From positions 2,368,001 to 2,432,000 of the forward strand of contig OY969811.1 of NCBI GenBank assembly GCA_963703315.1: 64,000 bases of DNA. Reading direction: 5' to 3'. Positions 30,344 through 40,317 of the stretch are shown piece by piece. How positions within the stretch are numbered: position 1 is the first letter of the stretch; each line of letters starts with the position of its first letter. This DNA comes from an uncultured cyanobacterium. Its GTDB lineage: Bacteria > Cyanobacteriota > Cyanobacteriia > Pseudanabaenales > Pseudanabaenaceae. Position numbers and translations under genes: made by a program. The notes beneath the pieces are model-generated. The model did not search any database, was not told the DNA's origin, and saw only the letters and a list, made by a program, of their open reading frames with translations.

Positions 30344-31618
30344 ATGTCAAACAAACCATTTCTAATGACTAAAAGTAAAGCTACTATTCTTGTTGTTGAT
30401 GATACTCGTTATAATCTTCAAATCCTTTCAAGTATGTTAATTAACCAAGGATATGAGGTTTTAGAAGCTGCCAATGGAACTAATGCAATTGATCTTGCTA
30501 ATGCACATCAACCTAACTTAATTTTGCTAGACATCAAAATGCCTGGCATGAATGGCTACGAAGTTTGTACTAGTCTCAAAAGTCATGTAAATACTCAAGA
30601 AATTCCAATTATTTTTATTAGCGCGATCGAAAATGTACAGGAGAAAGTTGAAGCTTTTTCTGTTGGAGGCGTTGACTTTATAAATAAACCATTTCATCTA
30701 ATTGAAGTACTAGCAAGAGTAGAAACACATTTACGAATAAGCTCTCTACAATTACAACTTCTAGAACAGACAAAATTATTAGAAATCCAAAATATTAGTT
30801 TAAAAAAAGAACTTTCTAATCTGACGGGGGTTGACTGGAATTTGTATGCAGAAATGAAAGAAGCAGTCGAGCGTCAACAATTAAGACTGTTTTATCAACC
30901 AATCGTTAATTTTAAGACTGATTTAGTGACAGGCTTTGAGGCTCTAATTCGCTGGCATCATCCCCAGAAAGGGATATTGCCACCTTCGGATTTTATTGAG
31001 ATTGTGGAAAATACAGATTTAATTTATCCGATTGGTCGTTGGGTCATAGATACTGCTTGTCATCAATTACAAATATGGCAGCAAAATTTTCCTGATTATC
31101 GTAAGTTGACCATGAGTATCAATGTCTCAACTAAGCAACTTACCGAATTTAAATTGGTGGAATATGTTCGTGAAATTTTAAATCAATATCAGATTTATCC
31201 ACAGTGTTTAAAATTAGAAATAACTGAGAGTACAGTAATGGGCGATCGCGATCGCACTTTACAGATTTTGCACCAGTTACAAAAGTTAAAAGTTAAGTTT
31301 TGCATTGATGATTTTGGGACAGGCTATTCATCACTGAGGCGGTTGACCGATTTCCCGATTGATATTCTCAAGATTGATCGATCATTTATCGAAAATGAAG
31401 AATGGGTAATTGTCAAAGCGATCGGCACATTGGCGCTGAGCTTAGGTAAAAGTGTGGTAATTGAAGGCGTAGAAACCCCTACTCAATTAACAATGCTGAA
31501 AACTTTATTTCATAACTCCCTCGAATTGACTTCTGGACAGGGATATTTATTTGCCAAGCCCCTTACTGCGGAGTTAGCGAACGAGTTTCTCGCAAATAGC
31601 TATAAATCATCAATTTGA
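30344..31618 (+). CDS. Response regulator receiver-EAL c-di-GMP phosphodiesterase (no GGDEF)
   Basis: ILVVDD...LLDIKMP...KPF receiver; FEALIRW, LEITES, IDDFGTGYSSL, KIDRSF, EGVET, QGYLFAKP. Confidence 0.9.
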   Translation: MSNKPFLMTKSKATILVVDDTRYNLQILSSMLINQGYEVLEAANGTNAIDLANAHQPNLILLDIKMPGMNGYEVCTSLKSHVNTQEIPIIFISAIENVQEKVEAFSVGGVDFINKPFHLIEVLARVETHLRISSLQLQLLEQTKLLEIQNISLKKELSNLTGVDWNLYAEMKEAVERQQLRLFYQPIVNFKTDLVTGFEALIRWHHPQKGILPPSDFIEIVENTDLIYPIGRWVIDTACHQLQIWQQNFPDYRKLTMSINVSTKQLTEFKLVEYVREILNQYQIYPQCLKLEITESTVMGDRDRTLQILHQLQKLKVKFCIDDFGTGYSSLRRLTDFPIDILKIDRSFIENEEWVIVKAIGTLALSLGKSVVIEGVETPTQLTMLKTLFHNSLELTSGQGYLFAKPLTAELANEFLANSYKSSI

Positions 31619-32853
31619 AAATTTTCAAGGGCGATCGCTAAATGTGTCCAATGGGTTCCACCTTGCAGAAATACTGTATAAGGCTCGCGTAAAGGACCAT
31701 CCGCCGAAAGCTCTAAGGTACTGCCATCAATAAAGGTTCCACCTGCCATCACCAATTGACTCACATAACCTGGCATCTCTCCTGGCACAGGATCAACGTA
31801 AGAATCAATCGGTGAGAAGCGTTGAAGATTGCGACAGAACTCAATTAACTTTTTGGAATCGCCGAGTTGAATGGCTTGAATAATATCGCAGCGTGGCTCA
31901 AAGGGAAGAGGTTTAACTTTGTAACCTAATTGATCAAATACATAGGCAGCGAGATAGCTGCTTTTCATCGCTTCGCCCACCATTTGCGGTGCCAGAAATA
32001 AACCTTGAAAGAGCAAACGATTTAAATCAAAAGTTGCCCCACCTTCACGCCCAATCCCCGGTGCTGTCAGTCTTTGGGCGGCTAGTTCGACATATTCAGC
32101 TTTACCCGCGACATAGCCGCCTGCGGTGGCGATCGTCCCACCAGGGTTTTTAATTAAAGACCCTGCAATGATATCGGCTCCAACGGCAGTGGGTTCGCGA
32201 TCGCCAATAAATTCACCATAGCAGTTATCCACAAAGCAGACCGTATTCGGATTTTGCTGTTTTACTAAGTGGATAATTTTCTCAATGTCTTCAATCGATA
32301 AACTTTGTCGCCATGCATAGCCACACGATCGCTGGATTAAAACCATACGGGTTTGAGGTTTGACGGCTTTTGCGAGAGCTTCCCAATTTACGCCGCCTTC
32401 AGGGGTAAGTTCCACTTGACGATAGGTAATACCAAAGTCCTTAAGTGAACCTGCGTAGGTAGTGCCTTGACTGTCGGAGGTGAGGGGATAGCCGATTACT
32501 TCTTCAAGGGTATCGTAAGGCGCTCCGACGACTGATAACAGTTCATCAAGGGGGCGTAAAATGCCAAACAAACAACAGGCGATCGCATGAGTTCCTGAAA
32601 CAAACTGCACCCGCACGGCAGCAGCTTCTGCGCCCATCACCTGCGCGAAGACCTCATCTAAGACATCACGCCCCATGTCGCCATGTCCATAGCCTGACAC
32701 ACTAGCAAAATGATGCGCTCCCACACGGCGATCGCGAAACGCTTGCAATACTCGTTCGAGATTGTTTTTTATATGCAGGTCGATTTCGGTAAAAGTAGGT
32801 GCGAGGGCAGTCACTGCTTCTGCAACTAGCAACTTCATTTTGTCAGAGGTCAT
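31600..32853 (-). CDS. PLP-dependent aluminium-resistance / methionine gamma-lyase family protein (YnbB-like)
   Basis: VSGTHAI, FVDNCYGEF, AGSLIKNPGG, MAGGTFIDGSTLELSADGPLREP. Confidence 0.9.
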   Translation of the reverse strand: MTSDKMKLLVAEAVTALAPTFTEIDLHIKNNLERVLQAFRDRRVGAHHFASVSGYGHGDMGRDVLDEVFAQVMGAEAAAVRVQFVSGTHAIACCLFGILRPLDELLSVVGAPYDTLEEVIGYPLTSDSQGTTYAGSLKDFGITYRQVELTPEGGVNWEALAKAVKPQTRMVLIQRSCGYAWRQSLSIEDIEKIIHLVKQQNPNTVCFVDNCYGEFIGDREPTAVGADIIAGSLIKNPGGTIATAGGYVAGKAEYVELAAQRLTAPGIGREGGATFDLNRLLFQGLFLAPQMVGEAMKSSYLAAYVFDQLGYKVKPLPFEPRCDIIQAIQLGDSKKLIEFCRNLQRFSPIDSYVDPVPGEMPGYVSQLVMAGGTFIDGSTLELSADGPLREPYTVFLQGGTHWTHLAIALENFQIDDL

Positions 32854-33023
32854 GTGTCTTCAGGATTTTTTGGCGGTTTATGATCCTACGCGAAAATGAA
32901 TAATTTTGTCTAGCAATATCTTTAAGCAAAGAGACTGAAAACACTGCTTCTGCTTTCTAGGCTTGAATTTGTTCTAGTATCATATAAACATAATCAACAC
33001 CAATACTTTTTGAGGAAAAAGAC

Positions 33024-33740
33024 TTGCCTACGCTTGGAGTAAATATTGATCACATTGCCACCATTCGCCAAGCGCGTCGAGGAGTTGAACCAGACCCCGT
33101 TGCGGCAGCAGTGATCGCTGAATTAGCAGGAGCTGATGGTATTACTGTGCATTTGCGCGAAGATCGTCGGCATATCCAAGATCGAGATGTACGTCTGCTC
33201 AGACAAACTATTCGTACTCATCTCAATTTGGAAATGGCGGCAACTCCTGAAATGGTAGCGATCGCCCTTGATGTTAAGCCCGACTATATTACGCTCGTAC
33301 CTGAACGCCGTGAAGAAATTACCACCGAAGGCGGCTTAAATGTTAAAGCTCAATGCGATCGCTTAGGTAAATTTGTGCATCAACTGCAAAATGCAGGCAT
33401 ACCTGTAAGTTTATTTATTGATGCAGAAACAGAGCAAATCCAAGCTTCAGCAAGGACTGGTGCAAAATTTGTAGAATTACATACAGGAACCTATGCTAAT
33501 GCCAAAAATGAAGCGGAGCATCAGCGCGAATTAGCAGTATTAACTAAAGGTGGAGAGTTAGCAATTAGTCTAGGGCTTAGATTAAATTCAGGTCATGGAT
33601 TAACCTATTGGAATACTCGTCCTGTGGCTCAAATTAATGGGATGGAAGAGTTAAATATTGGACACAGCATTATTAGTCGGGCAGTGTTAGTCGGCTTAGA
33701 TAGAGCGATTCGAGAAATGAAAGAGCTAATCAATCCATAA
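33024..33740 (+). CDS. pdxJ: Pyridoxine 5'-phosphate synthase
   Basis: [33 protein letters not shown]. Confidence 0.97.
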   Translation: MPTLGVNIDHIATIRQARRGVEPDPVAAAVIAELAGADGITVHLREDRRHIQDRDVRLLRQTIRTHLNLEMAATPEMVAIALDVKPDYITLVPERREEITTEGGLNVKAQCDRLGKFVHQLQNAGIPVSLFIDAETEQIQASARTGAKFVELHTGTYANAKNEAEHQRELAVLTKGGELAISLGLRLNSGHGLTYWNTRPVAQINGMEELNIGHSIISRAVLVGLDRAIREMKELINP

Positions 33741-33772
33741 AAGAAGGGGTTGCAAAAGCAGCCCCTTCTTTT

Positions 33773-36700
33773 TTATAGAGATTTACTATCTTCCTGCGGC
33801 TTTTCTGACGTATCACTATGATCGCGATCGCCATTTATTGACTCACCATGAACATTATGCAAGTGATGAGTATAACTATCACCATACTCAGCAACTAGTG
33901 CGGAATCAACCATTTTGGCAGTTTTGGGATCATGAACATCTAATTTCATCCGTTTCTCAATAGTCTTCACGACAATATACAGAATGGGAACGATGAATAG
34001 ACTTAACAATGTCGCCACACACATACCACCCATAACCGCAGTCCCAATCGACTGACGGGCGGCAGCTCCTGCTCCTGTAGCGATTACCAGAGGAAAAATT
34101 CCGATAATCGTCGAGAAAGCTGTCATTAAAATGGGGCGTAATCTCTGTTGAGAAGCTTCAATTACGGATTTAGTAATACTCAATCCACTTTCATGGAGCT
34201 GATTGGCAAACTCTACAATCAAAATCGCATTTTTACTTGCCATACCAATGAGCATGACTAATCCAATTTGGGTATAGACATCATTAGAGAAATTGGGATT
34301 GGCAAATCCACGCAAAAACACGGCTGAAAGCGCCCCTAAGACTGCAAGTGGGACTGTGAGCATGATGATTGTGGGATCAATATAGTTTTCGTATTGAGCC
34401 GCTAGTACTAAAAATACAAAGACAATCCCTAAACCAAAGATAAAGAAGGCACTATTACCCGAACCAATTTCTTCTAAAGATAAGCCAGACCATTCATAGC
34501 TAAAGCTTTTGGGTAGGACTTCTTGAGAAATTTTGTTCATGATATCGATCGCCTGTCCTGAACTGACTCCCGGAGCAGTATTGCCTGTAATTTGGACAGA
34601 ACGGAAGAGATTGTAATGGTTAATAATCGAGGGACCCACGGTTTGGGTAACCTTGACGAGATTACTGAGAGGAATCAGTTGTCCTGTACGCGATCGCACA
34701 TAGAGTTTATTGATATCGTCAGGATTAGCACGGAACTGCGCGTCGGCTTGGACATAAACACGATAGGTACGCCCAAAGCTGTTGAAGTCATTGACATATT
34801 GCGAACCGAGCAAAGTCTGCAAGGTGTTGTAAATATCTTGCAGAGATACTTGTAACGCATTTGCCTTAACGCGATCGACATCAACGGTTAATTGCGGAGT
34901 GTTCCCATTGAAACTAGGGCGTAAGCCAGCCAACATCGGACGACTGGGATCGGGATAGGTACTAGCCTTGCCTAATAAAGCACCCATAGTCTGTTCGATT
35001 ACAGGGAAACCTTGGTTAGCCTTGTCTTGCAACTGGTATTCAAAACCACCATAGTTACTCAAACCTTGAATTGCTGGCGGTGGAAAGGGAACTACAAAAG
35101 CATCTTGAATGGAAATTAGGGAAGGCAATAAACCAAATGGTTTTGGTGTAAATCCACCAATAATTTCACTAGCCGATCTCGACCTCTCTTTCCAAGGTTT
35201 TAGTGTCGTGAAGACAATGCCATTATTAGGTGTATTACCACTAAAGCTAAAGCCCGCGATCGCAAAAATATTCGAGATTTCAGGATAAACAGGATCACCC
35301 TTTTCGTCTTTGCGGCGCATGATTGCTTCCACGTTTTCCAGCACCTTTTCGGTGTAGTTAAGAGATACACCTTCAGGAGCTTGGACAATCGTAATGAAAT
35401 AGCCTTGATCTTCCTGTGGCAAGAAACCTCGAGGCACAATCGTATATACCCAATAGGTCGCAAACAGGGAAATCACAAATAGCAGCATCATCAAGCCTTT
35501 TAAATGAGTTGCTGTGGTGAGAATCTTTTGATAGCGATTCTTTGTACCATCAATTACCCAATTAACGCGATCAAAAAACCAATTGCTATGGGCTGGCTCC
35601 TGTTTTAGTAAAAATGCTGCTAAGGTTGGCGAAAGGGTCAAAGCATTAAAAGTAGAAACAGTGATCGAAAAGGCGATCGTCAACGCAAACTGTTTGTACA
35701 ATTGCCCCGTCGTCCCGGGGAAAAAGGCAACAGGCACAAACACCGCAATCAATACCATCGAGCTAGCAATGACTGCGCCTTGCAATTCATTCATCGCCGC
35801 GATCGCCGCTTTAACAGGTGTTTCTCCTTTTTCTTGAATGCGGCGCGTCACATCCTCCACAACCACGATCGCATCATCGACTACTAGCCCTGTGGCAAGG
35901 GTCAAGCCAAATAGGGTCAGAGTATTGATATTAAAATTCAGCAGTTTAATGAAAATAAATGTGCCAATTAAAGACACAGGAATGGCGATAGCAGGGATTA
36001 ATGTCGAGCGCCAATTTTGCAGAAATAGGTAAATAATCACGATTACGAGGACGATCGCAATCAGTAGTGAGATAATGACTTCCTCAGTTCCCGCTTCGAT
36101 GAAACTGGTGGTATCGAAGGCAACCTCATAATTTAACCCTGGCGGAAAAGTTGGTTTTAACTCCTTTAGAGCAAGTTTTACAGCATGAGCTACATCTAAA
36201 GCATTCGCATCAGGTAATTGTGATACACCTAAACCAATGCCACGAGTACCATTAAATCGCAATGCAGAGCCATAGTTTTCTGCACCCAATTCCACACGCC
36301 CAACATCACGAAGTTTAATTAGTGAGCCATCACTGGCAGTTCTAATAACAATTTCTGAAAATTCTTCAGTGCTTTTTAATCGACCTGTCGCGGAAATCGA
36401 TAGTTGATATTGTTGGTCAGGTAAGTTGGGTTGCTGTCCAATTTGCCCAACCCCTACCTGTAAGTTTTGCTGCTGAATTGCAGTAACCACATCTTGAGCC
36501 GTCAAGCCTCTTGCTGAGAGACGATTGGGGTCAAGCCAGACCCGCATCGCATATTTACGCTCACCAAAAATGATGACATTGCCAACTCCCTTGACTTTCT
36601 TAATCGCATCAACAATGTAGAGATCAGCATAATTACTTAAATACAGATCGTCATATTCTCCTTTTTCAGAATACACACCGATCGCAAAGAGGAAGCCTGA

Positions 36701-37117
36701 AGATTCTTTGCTAACCCTGACTCCCGTTTGTTGCACTGGGGCAGGTAGTTGGGATTGCACACTAGAGACACGGTTTTGGACATCCACCGCCGCAATATCT
36801 TTGTTTTTGCCTAAGTCAAAAACTAGGTTGACAGAACTAACTCCATTATTAGCACTAGTGGAAGTGATGTAGCGAACTCCCTCAATTCCATTCAATTCTC
36901 TTTCGAGAATATTGGTAACTGTGGACTCCACAACTTCGGCGTTTGCTCCAACGTAGTTGGCAGTAACAGTCACCTTTGGGGGCGTAATTTCAGGATATTG
37001 GGCAACAGGCAAAAGAAAAATGCAAGCTGTTCCCAATAATGTAATCACTACAGAACAAACTGTTGCAAATACAGGTCGTCTGATGAAGAAGTCAGAAATT
37101 GATAGCAGCATTGGCAA
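33773..37117 (-). CDS. RND efflux transporter permease (AcrB/HAE1 family)
   Basis: FFIRRPVFA, QYPEITPP, GLVVDDAIVVVE, KNAILIVEFA, RLRPILMT. Confidence 0.95.
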   Translation of the reverse strand: MPMLLSISDFFIRRPVFATVCSVVITLLGTACIFLLPVAQYPEITPPKVTVTANYVGANAEVVESTVTNILERELNGIEGVRYITSTSANNGVSSVNLVFDLGKNKDIAAVDVQNRVSSVQSQLPAPVQQTGVRVSKESSGFLFAIGVYSEKGEYDDLYLSNYADLYIVDAIKKVKGVGNVIIFGERKYAMRVWLDPNRLSARGLTAQDVVTAIQQQNLQVGVGQIGQQPNLPDQQYQLSISATGRLKSTEEFSEIVIRTASDGSLIKLRDVGRVELGAENYGSALRFNGTRGIGLGVSQLPDANALDVAHAVKLALKELKPTFPPGLNYEVAFDTTSFIEAGTEEVIISLLIAIVLVIVIIYLFLQNWRSTLIPAIAIPVSLIGTFIFIKLLNFNINTLTLFGLTLATGLVVDDAIVVVEDVTRRIQEKGETPVKAAIAAMNELQGAVIASSMVLIAVFVPVAFFPGTTGQLYKQFALTIAFSITVSTFNALTLSPTLAAFLLKQEPAHSNWFFDRVNWVIDGTKNRYQKILTTATHLKGLMMLLFVISLFATYWVYTIVPRGFLPQEDQGYFITIVQAPEGVSLNYTEKVLENVEAIMRRKDEKGDPVYPEISNIFAIAGFSFSGNTPNNGIVFTTLKPWKERSRSASEIIGGFTPKPFGLLPSLISIQDAFVVPFPPPAIQGLSNYGGFEYQLQDKANQGFPVIEQTMGALLGKASTYPDPSRPMLAGLRPSFNGNTPQLTVDVDRVKANALQVSLQDIYNTLQTLLGSQYVNDFNSFGRTYRVYVQADAQFRANPDDINKLYVRSRTGQLIPLSNLVKVTQTVGPSIINHYNLFRSVQITGNTAPGVSSGQAIDIMNKISQEVLPKSFSYEWSGLSLEEIGSGNSAFFIFGLGIVFVFLVLAAQYENYIDPTIIMLTVPLAVLGALSAVFLRGFANPNFSNDVYTQIGLVMLIGMASKNAILIVEFANQLHESGLSITKSVIEASQQRLRPILMTAFSTIIGIFPLVIATGAGAAARQSIGTAVMGGMCVATLLSLFIVPILYIVVKTIEKRMKLDVHDPKTAKMVDSALVAEYGDSYTHHLHNVHGESINGDRDHSDTSEKPQEDSKSL

Positions 37118-37164
37118 ATTTAAGAATTAAAAGTTGAGAAATTAAGCCTTGCCACTGACTGCTA

Positions 37165-37267
37165 ATACCAAAACTAAAAATGGCGTAGCCATTTTTAGTT
37201 TTAAAAACCCTTACTGGGTTTGTTTTTTAATTCACGAAAGTGTGACAACACTTTCATGAATTGGTAT
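37165..37267. repeat. MITE-like repeat family B (ATACCAA...TTGGTAT termini, two internal hairpins)
   Basis: Contains AAAACTAAAAATGGC-GTA-GCCATTTTTAGTTTT and AATTCACGAAAGTGTGACAACACTTTCATGAATT; related copies at 52037-52079 and 59600-59675. Confidence 0.75.
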
Positions 37268-37310
37268 AAAACCTAGAAATAGCAGAAAATGTCATTAATG
37301 TCATTCATGC

Positions 37311-37408
37311 TCTAAGACATAAAAGCGATTCATAGAGTTGTGGTGCTAAGCACCACAACTCTATGAATCGCTTTTGGTTTTGTCCTAACATAACTGGCTA
37401 CCGCTATA
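37311..37408. repeat. MITE-like repeat family A, copy 2
   Basis: TAAGACAT-AAAAGCGATTCATAGAGTTGTGGTGC-TAA-GCACCACAACTCTATGAATCGCTTTT-GGTTTTGTCCTAACATAACTGGCTACCGCTATA. Confidence 0.75.
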
Positions 37409-37438
37409 TTTATTTCTGTGCTGAGGAGACAGAGCAAT

Positions 37439-37876
37439 TTACAAAAATGCTGTCAAGATATTGGGCAACAACAACACAATAGCAATAATTAAAGCAGCGA
37501 TCGCCGCAATTAGCACTGCACCAGCCGCACAATCCTTAGCAATCTTGGCTAACTGATGAAATTCACGCCCCACCGTTAAATCAACTACTGCTTCCAAAGC
37601 TGTATTCAACAACTCTAGTACCAAAACTAGGGCGATCGTTAAGCTGATAATCGAGCAAGCTACGGCTGAAAGTTGGAAATAAAGACTGAGGGATAGGGCG
37701 ATCGCACCAATGATCACATGAATCCGAAAATTGCGCTGGGTACGAAAAGCGTAGCCCACGCCTTGTCCCGCATATTGAAAGCTCAGTAGTAAATTTGTGG
37801 CAATTTTAAAAGAGGCACTGCGCTTGGCGGCACTTTGTTCAGTCTCATCTGTTTCCAATTCATCAGTCTTTGTCAT
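37439..37876 (-). CDS. dgkA: Diacylglycerol/undecaprenol kinase family protein
   Basis: SFQYAGQG...TQRNFRIH, LELLNTALEAVVDL, AKIAKDCAAGAVL; start uncertain (ORF extends to 37954). Confidence 0.88.
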   Translation of the reverse strand: MTKTDELETDETEQSAAKRSASFKIATNLLLSFQYAGQGVGYAFRTQRNFRIHVIIGAIALSLSLYFQLSAVACSIISLTIALVLVLELLNTALEAVVDLTVGREFHQLAKIAKDCAAGAVLIAAIAALIIAIVLLLPNILTAFL

Positions 37877-38129
37877 TTGCTCGAATAAAAAAGGCGATTT
37901 CAACAAAAATAGTCTTGGTAGCGATAAATCATTGTTCATGGAGATTATTCCCAATAGACTTTGCTAAGCAATTGCCAAAAACTTTAAAGATTTTAACGCT
38001 AAAAAATTAGTTTACTCAAATTACGCACACAAATAGTTAAGTTACAGCGCTTTGCGCTGAGTAAAAACCCAGAGAAATTATTGAAAGCGCCACTTCGCGG
38101 CGCTTTCAATAATTTCTCTGGGTTACTGC

Positions 38130-38231
38130 TAAGTAGGTTGTTGGAATTAAATGTAGGATGGGTTACGCTGTCGCTAACCCATCATCTTTACCCAATTGAT
38201 GAGTTACGTTGCACTAACGCATCCTACAAAT
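38130..38231 (+). repeat. REP-bearing repeat family C, copy 1 (GTAG-type REP doublet)
   Basis: TAAGTAGGTTGTTGGAATTAAATGTAGGATGGGTTA...TAACCCATC...TAACGCATCCTACAAAT; near-identical to 48066-48167. Confidence 0.85.
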
Positions 38232-38232
38232 G

Positions 38233-38724
38233 TCAAAGTGAAATTAGCTGCAACATTAGGTCTTGTTGGTTTAGCATCGCTTCTAAACTTTCATCGTCAG
38301 GATGATCCCAGCCGAGTAAATGCAATAAACCATGAGCAGCAAGCCAAGCTAATTCATAAGTTAGCGAATGACCACGTTCCTCTGCTTGACTAATTGCTGT
38401 GGTTTGAGAAATGATAATGTCGCCCAGATAAGTTGGCTCAATATAATCAGAGTTTTCGACAGGAATATCTGGCACTTCAGATTCCAAAGCCGAGAAGGAC
38501 AACACATCAGTTGGGCAATCCTGTTGTCGATATTGCAAATTTAATTTTTGAATTCTCAAGTCATCGGTAATTGCTAGAGATAACTCATACTCTCCGTCAG
38601 CGATCGCCTGTTGATCTTGGAGGTATACCTCCCATCTGGCAAACCATGCTTGCCATTGCTCTAATGCGATCGGATGCTGATCAACAACTTCAGGATGGAT
38701 TTCACAATACAAATCTATACTCAA
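38233..38724 (-). CDS. ybeY: rRNA maturation endoribonuclease YbeY
   Basis: LNLQYR..D.PTDVLSF, LGDIIIS, AHGLLHLLGWDH. Confidence 0.95.
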   Translation of the reverse strand: MSIDLYCEIHPEVVDQHPIALEQWQAWFARWEVYLQDQQAIADGEYELSLAITDDLRIQKLNLQYRQQDCPTDVLSFSALESEVPDIPVENSDYIEPTYLGDIIISQTTAISQAEERGHSLTYELAWLAAHGLLHLLGWDHPDDESLEAMLNQQDLMLQLISL

Positions 38725-39212
38725 CGCTTTAAAACCCCATCATCATAAGTGGCAAGATTAAGTGGCAAGAAAAATAAAAAAGCAATTTTAGGACTGTTTC
38801 TATTCAAGAATTAATCAGCTTTATTAATAAAAGCAAACAATAGTTGTAGGAGAGTTTTATTGTTTTTTATTGTTTTTTATTGCTTGATTTAGAGAATCAT
38901 CTTAAGGTAATAGTGACAACAATTATCCTATAGAAATAGATTTAATCGGCAATTGCAAATCCAAACAAAGCATAGCTCAGAGATAAAAGCAACACAAATA
39001 CTTTGATTGTTAATCTATAAATATTATCTTGCCAACAATTATTTCTAATCAGTAATTTTGATATAGAAAGTCCTAAAAATTGATAATTAAGTCCTAAGAA
39101 CAGAAAATGACTAAATCAATCATTTGCTTCGCTATATATTTTAGTGATTGCTACATTAACAATATAACAGTTGTTTAAATGTTTGAGATAGTCTTAGGAA
39201 AGCACTAAATGT

Positions 39213-39437
39213 CTAATGAAAAGCTATTGCCAAACCTAGCAATGCCCCAATCACTCCAAAAACAGTGAGTGCGAAGTGAAATAGGGATGTGCTGCCTTTT
39301 TTGACCATATTTCGCATCGCAAGTTTAACAAAGCTATCTTGTGCTTGTGACTTGTTAGTAGTAGAAACTGGATTGCTATCATTATTACTAGCACTTTTGG
39401 AGTTAGAAGTTGAGGCAGAATTTGGATTAATATTCAT
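39213..39437 (-). CDS. DUF3285 family small membrane protein
   Basis: SFVKLAMRNMVKKGSTSLFHFALT; the family usually lies upstream of ybeY in cyanobacteria. Confidence 0.82.
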   Translation of the reverse strand: MNINPNSASTSNSKSASNNDSNPVSTTNKSQAQDSFVKLAMRNMVKKGSTSLFHFALTVFGVIGALLGLAIAFH

Positions 39438-39845
39438 AGTCTTATAGATAATTTGTAAGAATTTAATAATAAATTTTAAGGGAACTAATGAAGAACAACT
39501 AACTTTCAACCGATGTAATTACGGATACATGATTTAGCTTGATGTATAACTTAGCTAAGAGTTAATAGGGACTGGCTTACTAATTGAAGAAATCAATCAT
39601 CAATGTTACTTGACAGAAAAAACATTCACTTATAAATATTTATTTATCTAGCCACATTCTCTTAAAGAAAGTTTATCATCGACATACACGATATCTTATA
39701 GAATTAAGAGTGTTATCTTCATAACTAAGATAACTAATGCAAAAGAACTAATGCAAAATCAGTATAAGTAATTTTGCTGTTGTATAGTACAGTCTGCAAA
39801 GGCAAAATTTAAAGGCCTAACATAGTTAACTCGGAGAACATTACT

Positions 39846-40064
39846 ATGGCTGTCGAAAAAGTCAATTCTTCCTCTAGTCTAGCGGAAGTTATCGATCGCA
39901 TTTTGGATAAGGGCATTGTTATTGATGCATGGGTAAGAGTCTCTTTGGTGGGAATCGAACTATTGTCAATCGAAGCTCGTGTTGTTATCGCCTCGGTAGA
40001 AACATACCTCAAGTATGCTGAAGCAGTTGGTCTAACAGCATCGGCGGCAGTACCTGCTGCTTAG
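39846..40064 (+). CDS. gvpA: Gas vesicle structural protein GvpA
   Basis: [70 protein letters not shown]. Confidence 0.98.
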   Translation: MAVEKVNSSSSLAEVIDRILDKGIVIDAWVRVSLVGIELLSIEARVVIASVETYLKYAEAVGLTASAAVPAA

Positions 40065-40317
40065 TCTCATTTACGACTAGCATTGCTAGCAGTAAGTCAC
40101 TAAACAATAGATTATTAGCCTACCGATTTCTTTTCTACCTCCTTCCGACCAAAAACTATCTTGTCAGTTTCTTGCTGACCAAGCAATAGATTTTTGGCAA
40201 GGTAGTTTATACGGTGGGAAGGGGGATCACTACATGAAACTTGCGACGCTGAAACAGTCTGATTTTGAGTTTGATTTAGAATTTTGATTTAGAAAGAGTG
40301 AATTTGAGGTTAACGTT

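Noticed and set aside
38081..38393. ORFs 38081-38305 and 38196-38393 (+)
   Set aside because: Read through repeat elements and antisense to ybeY
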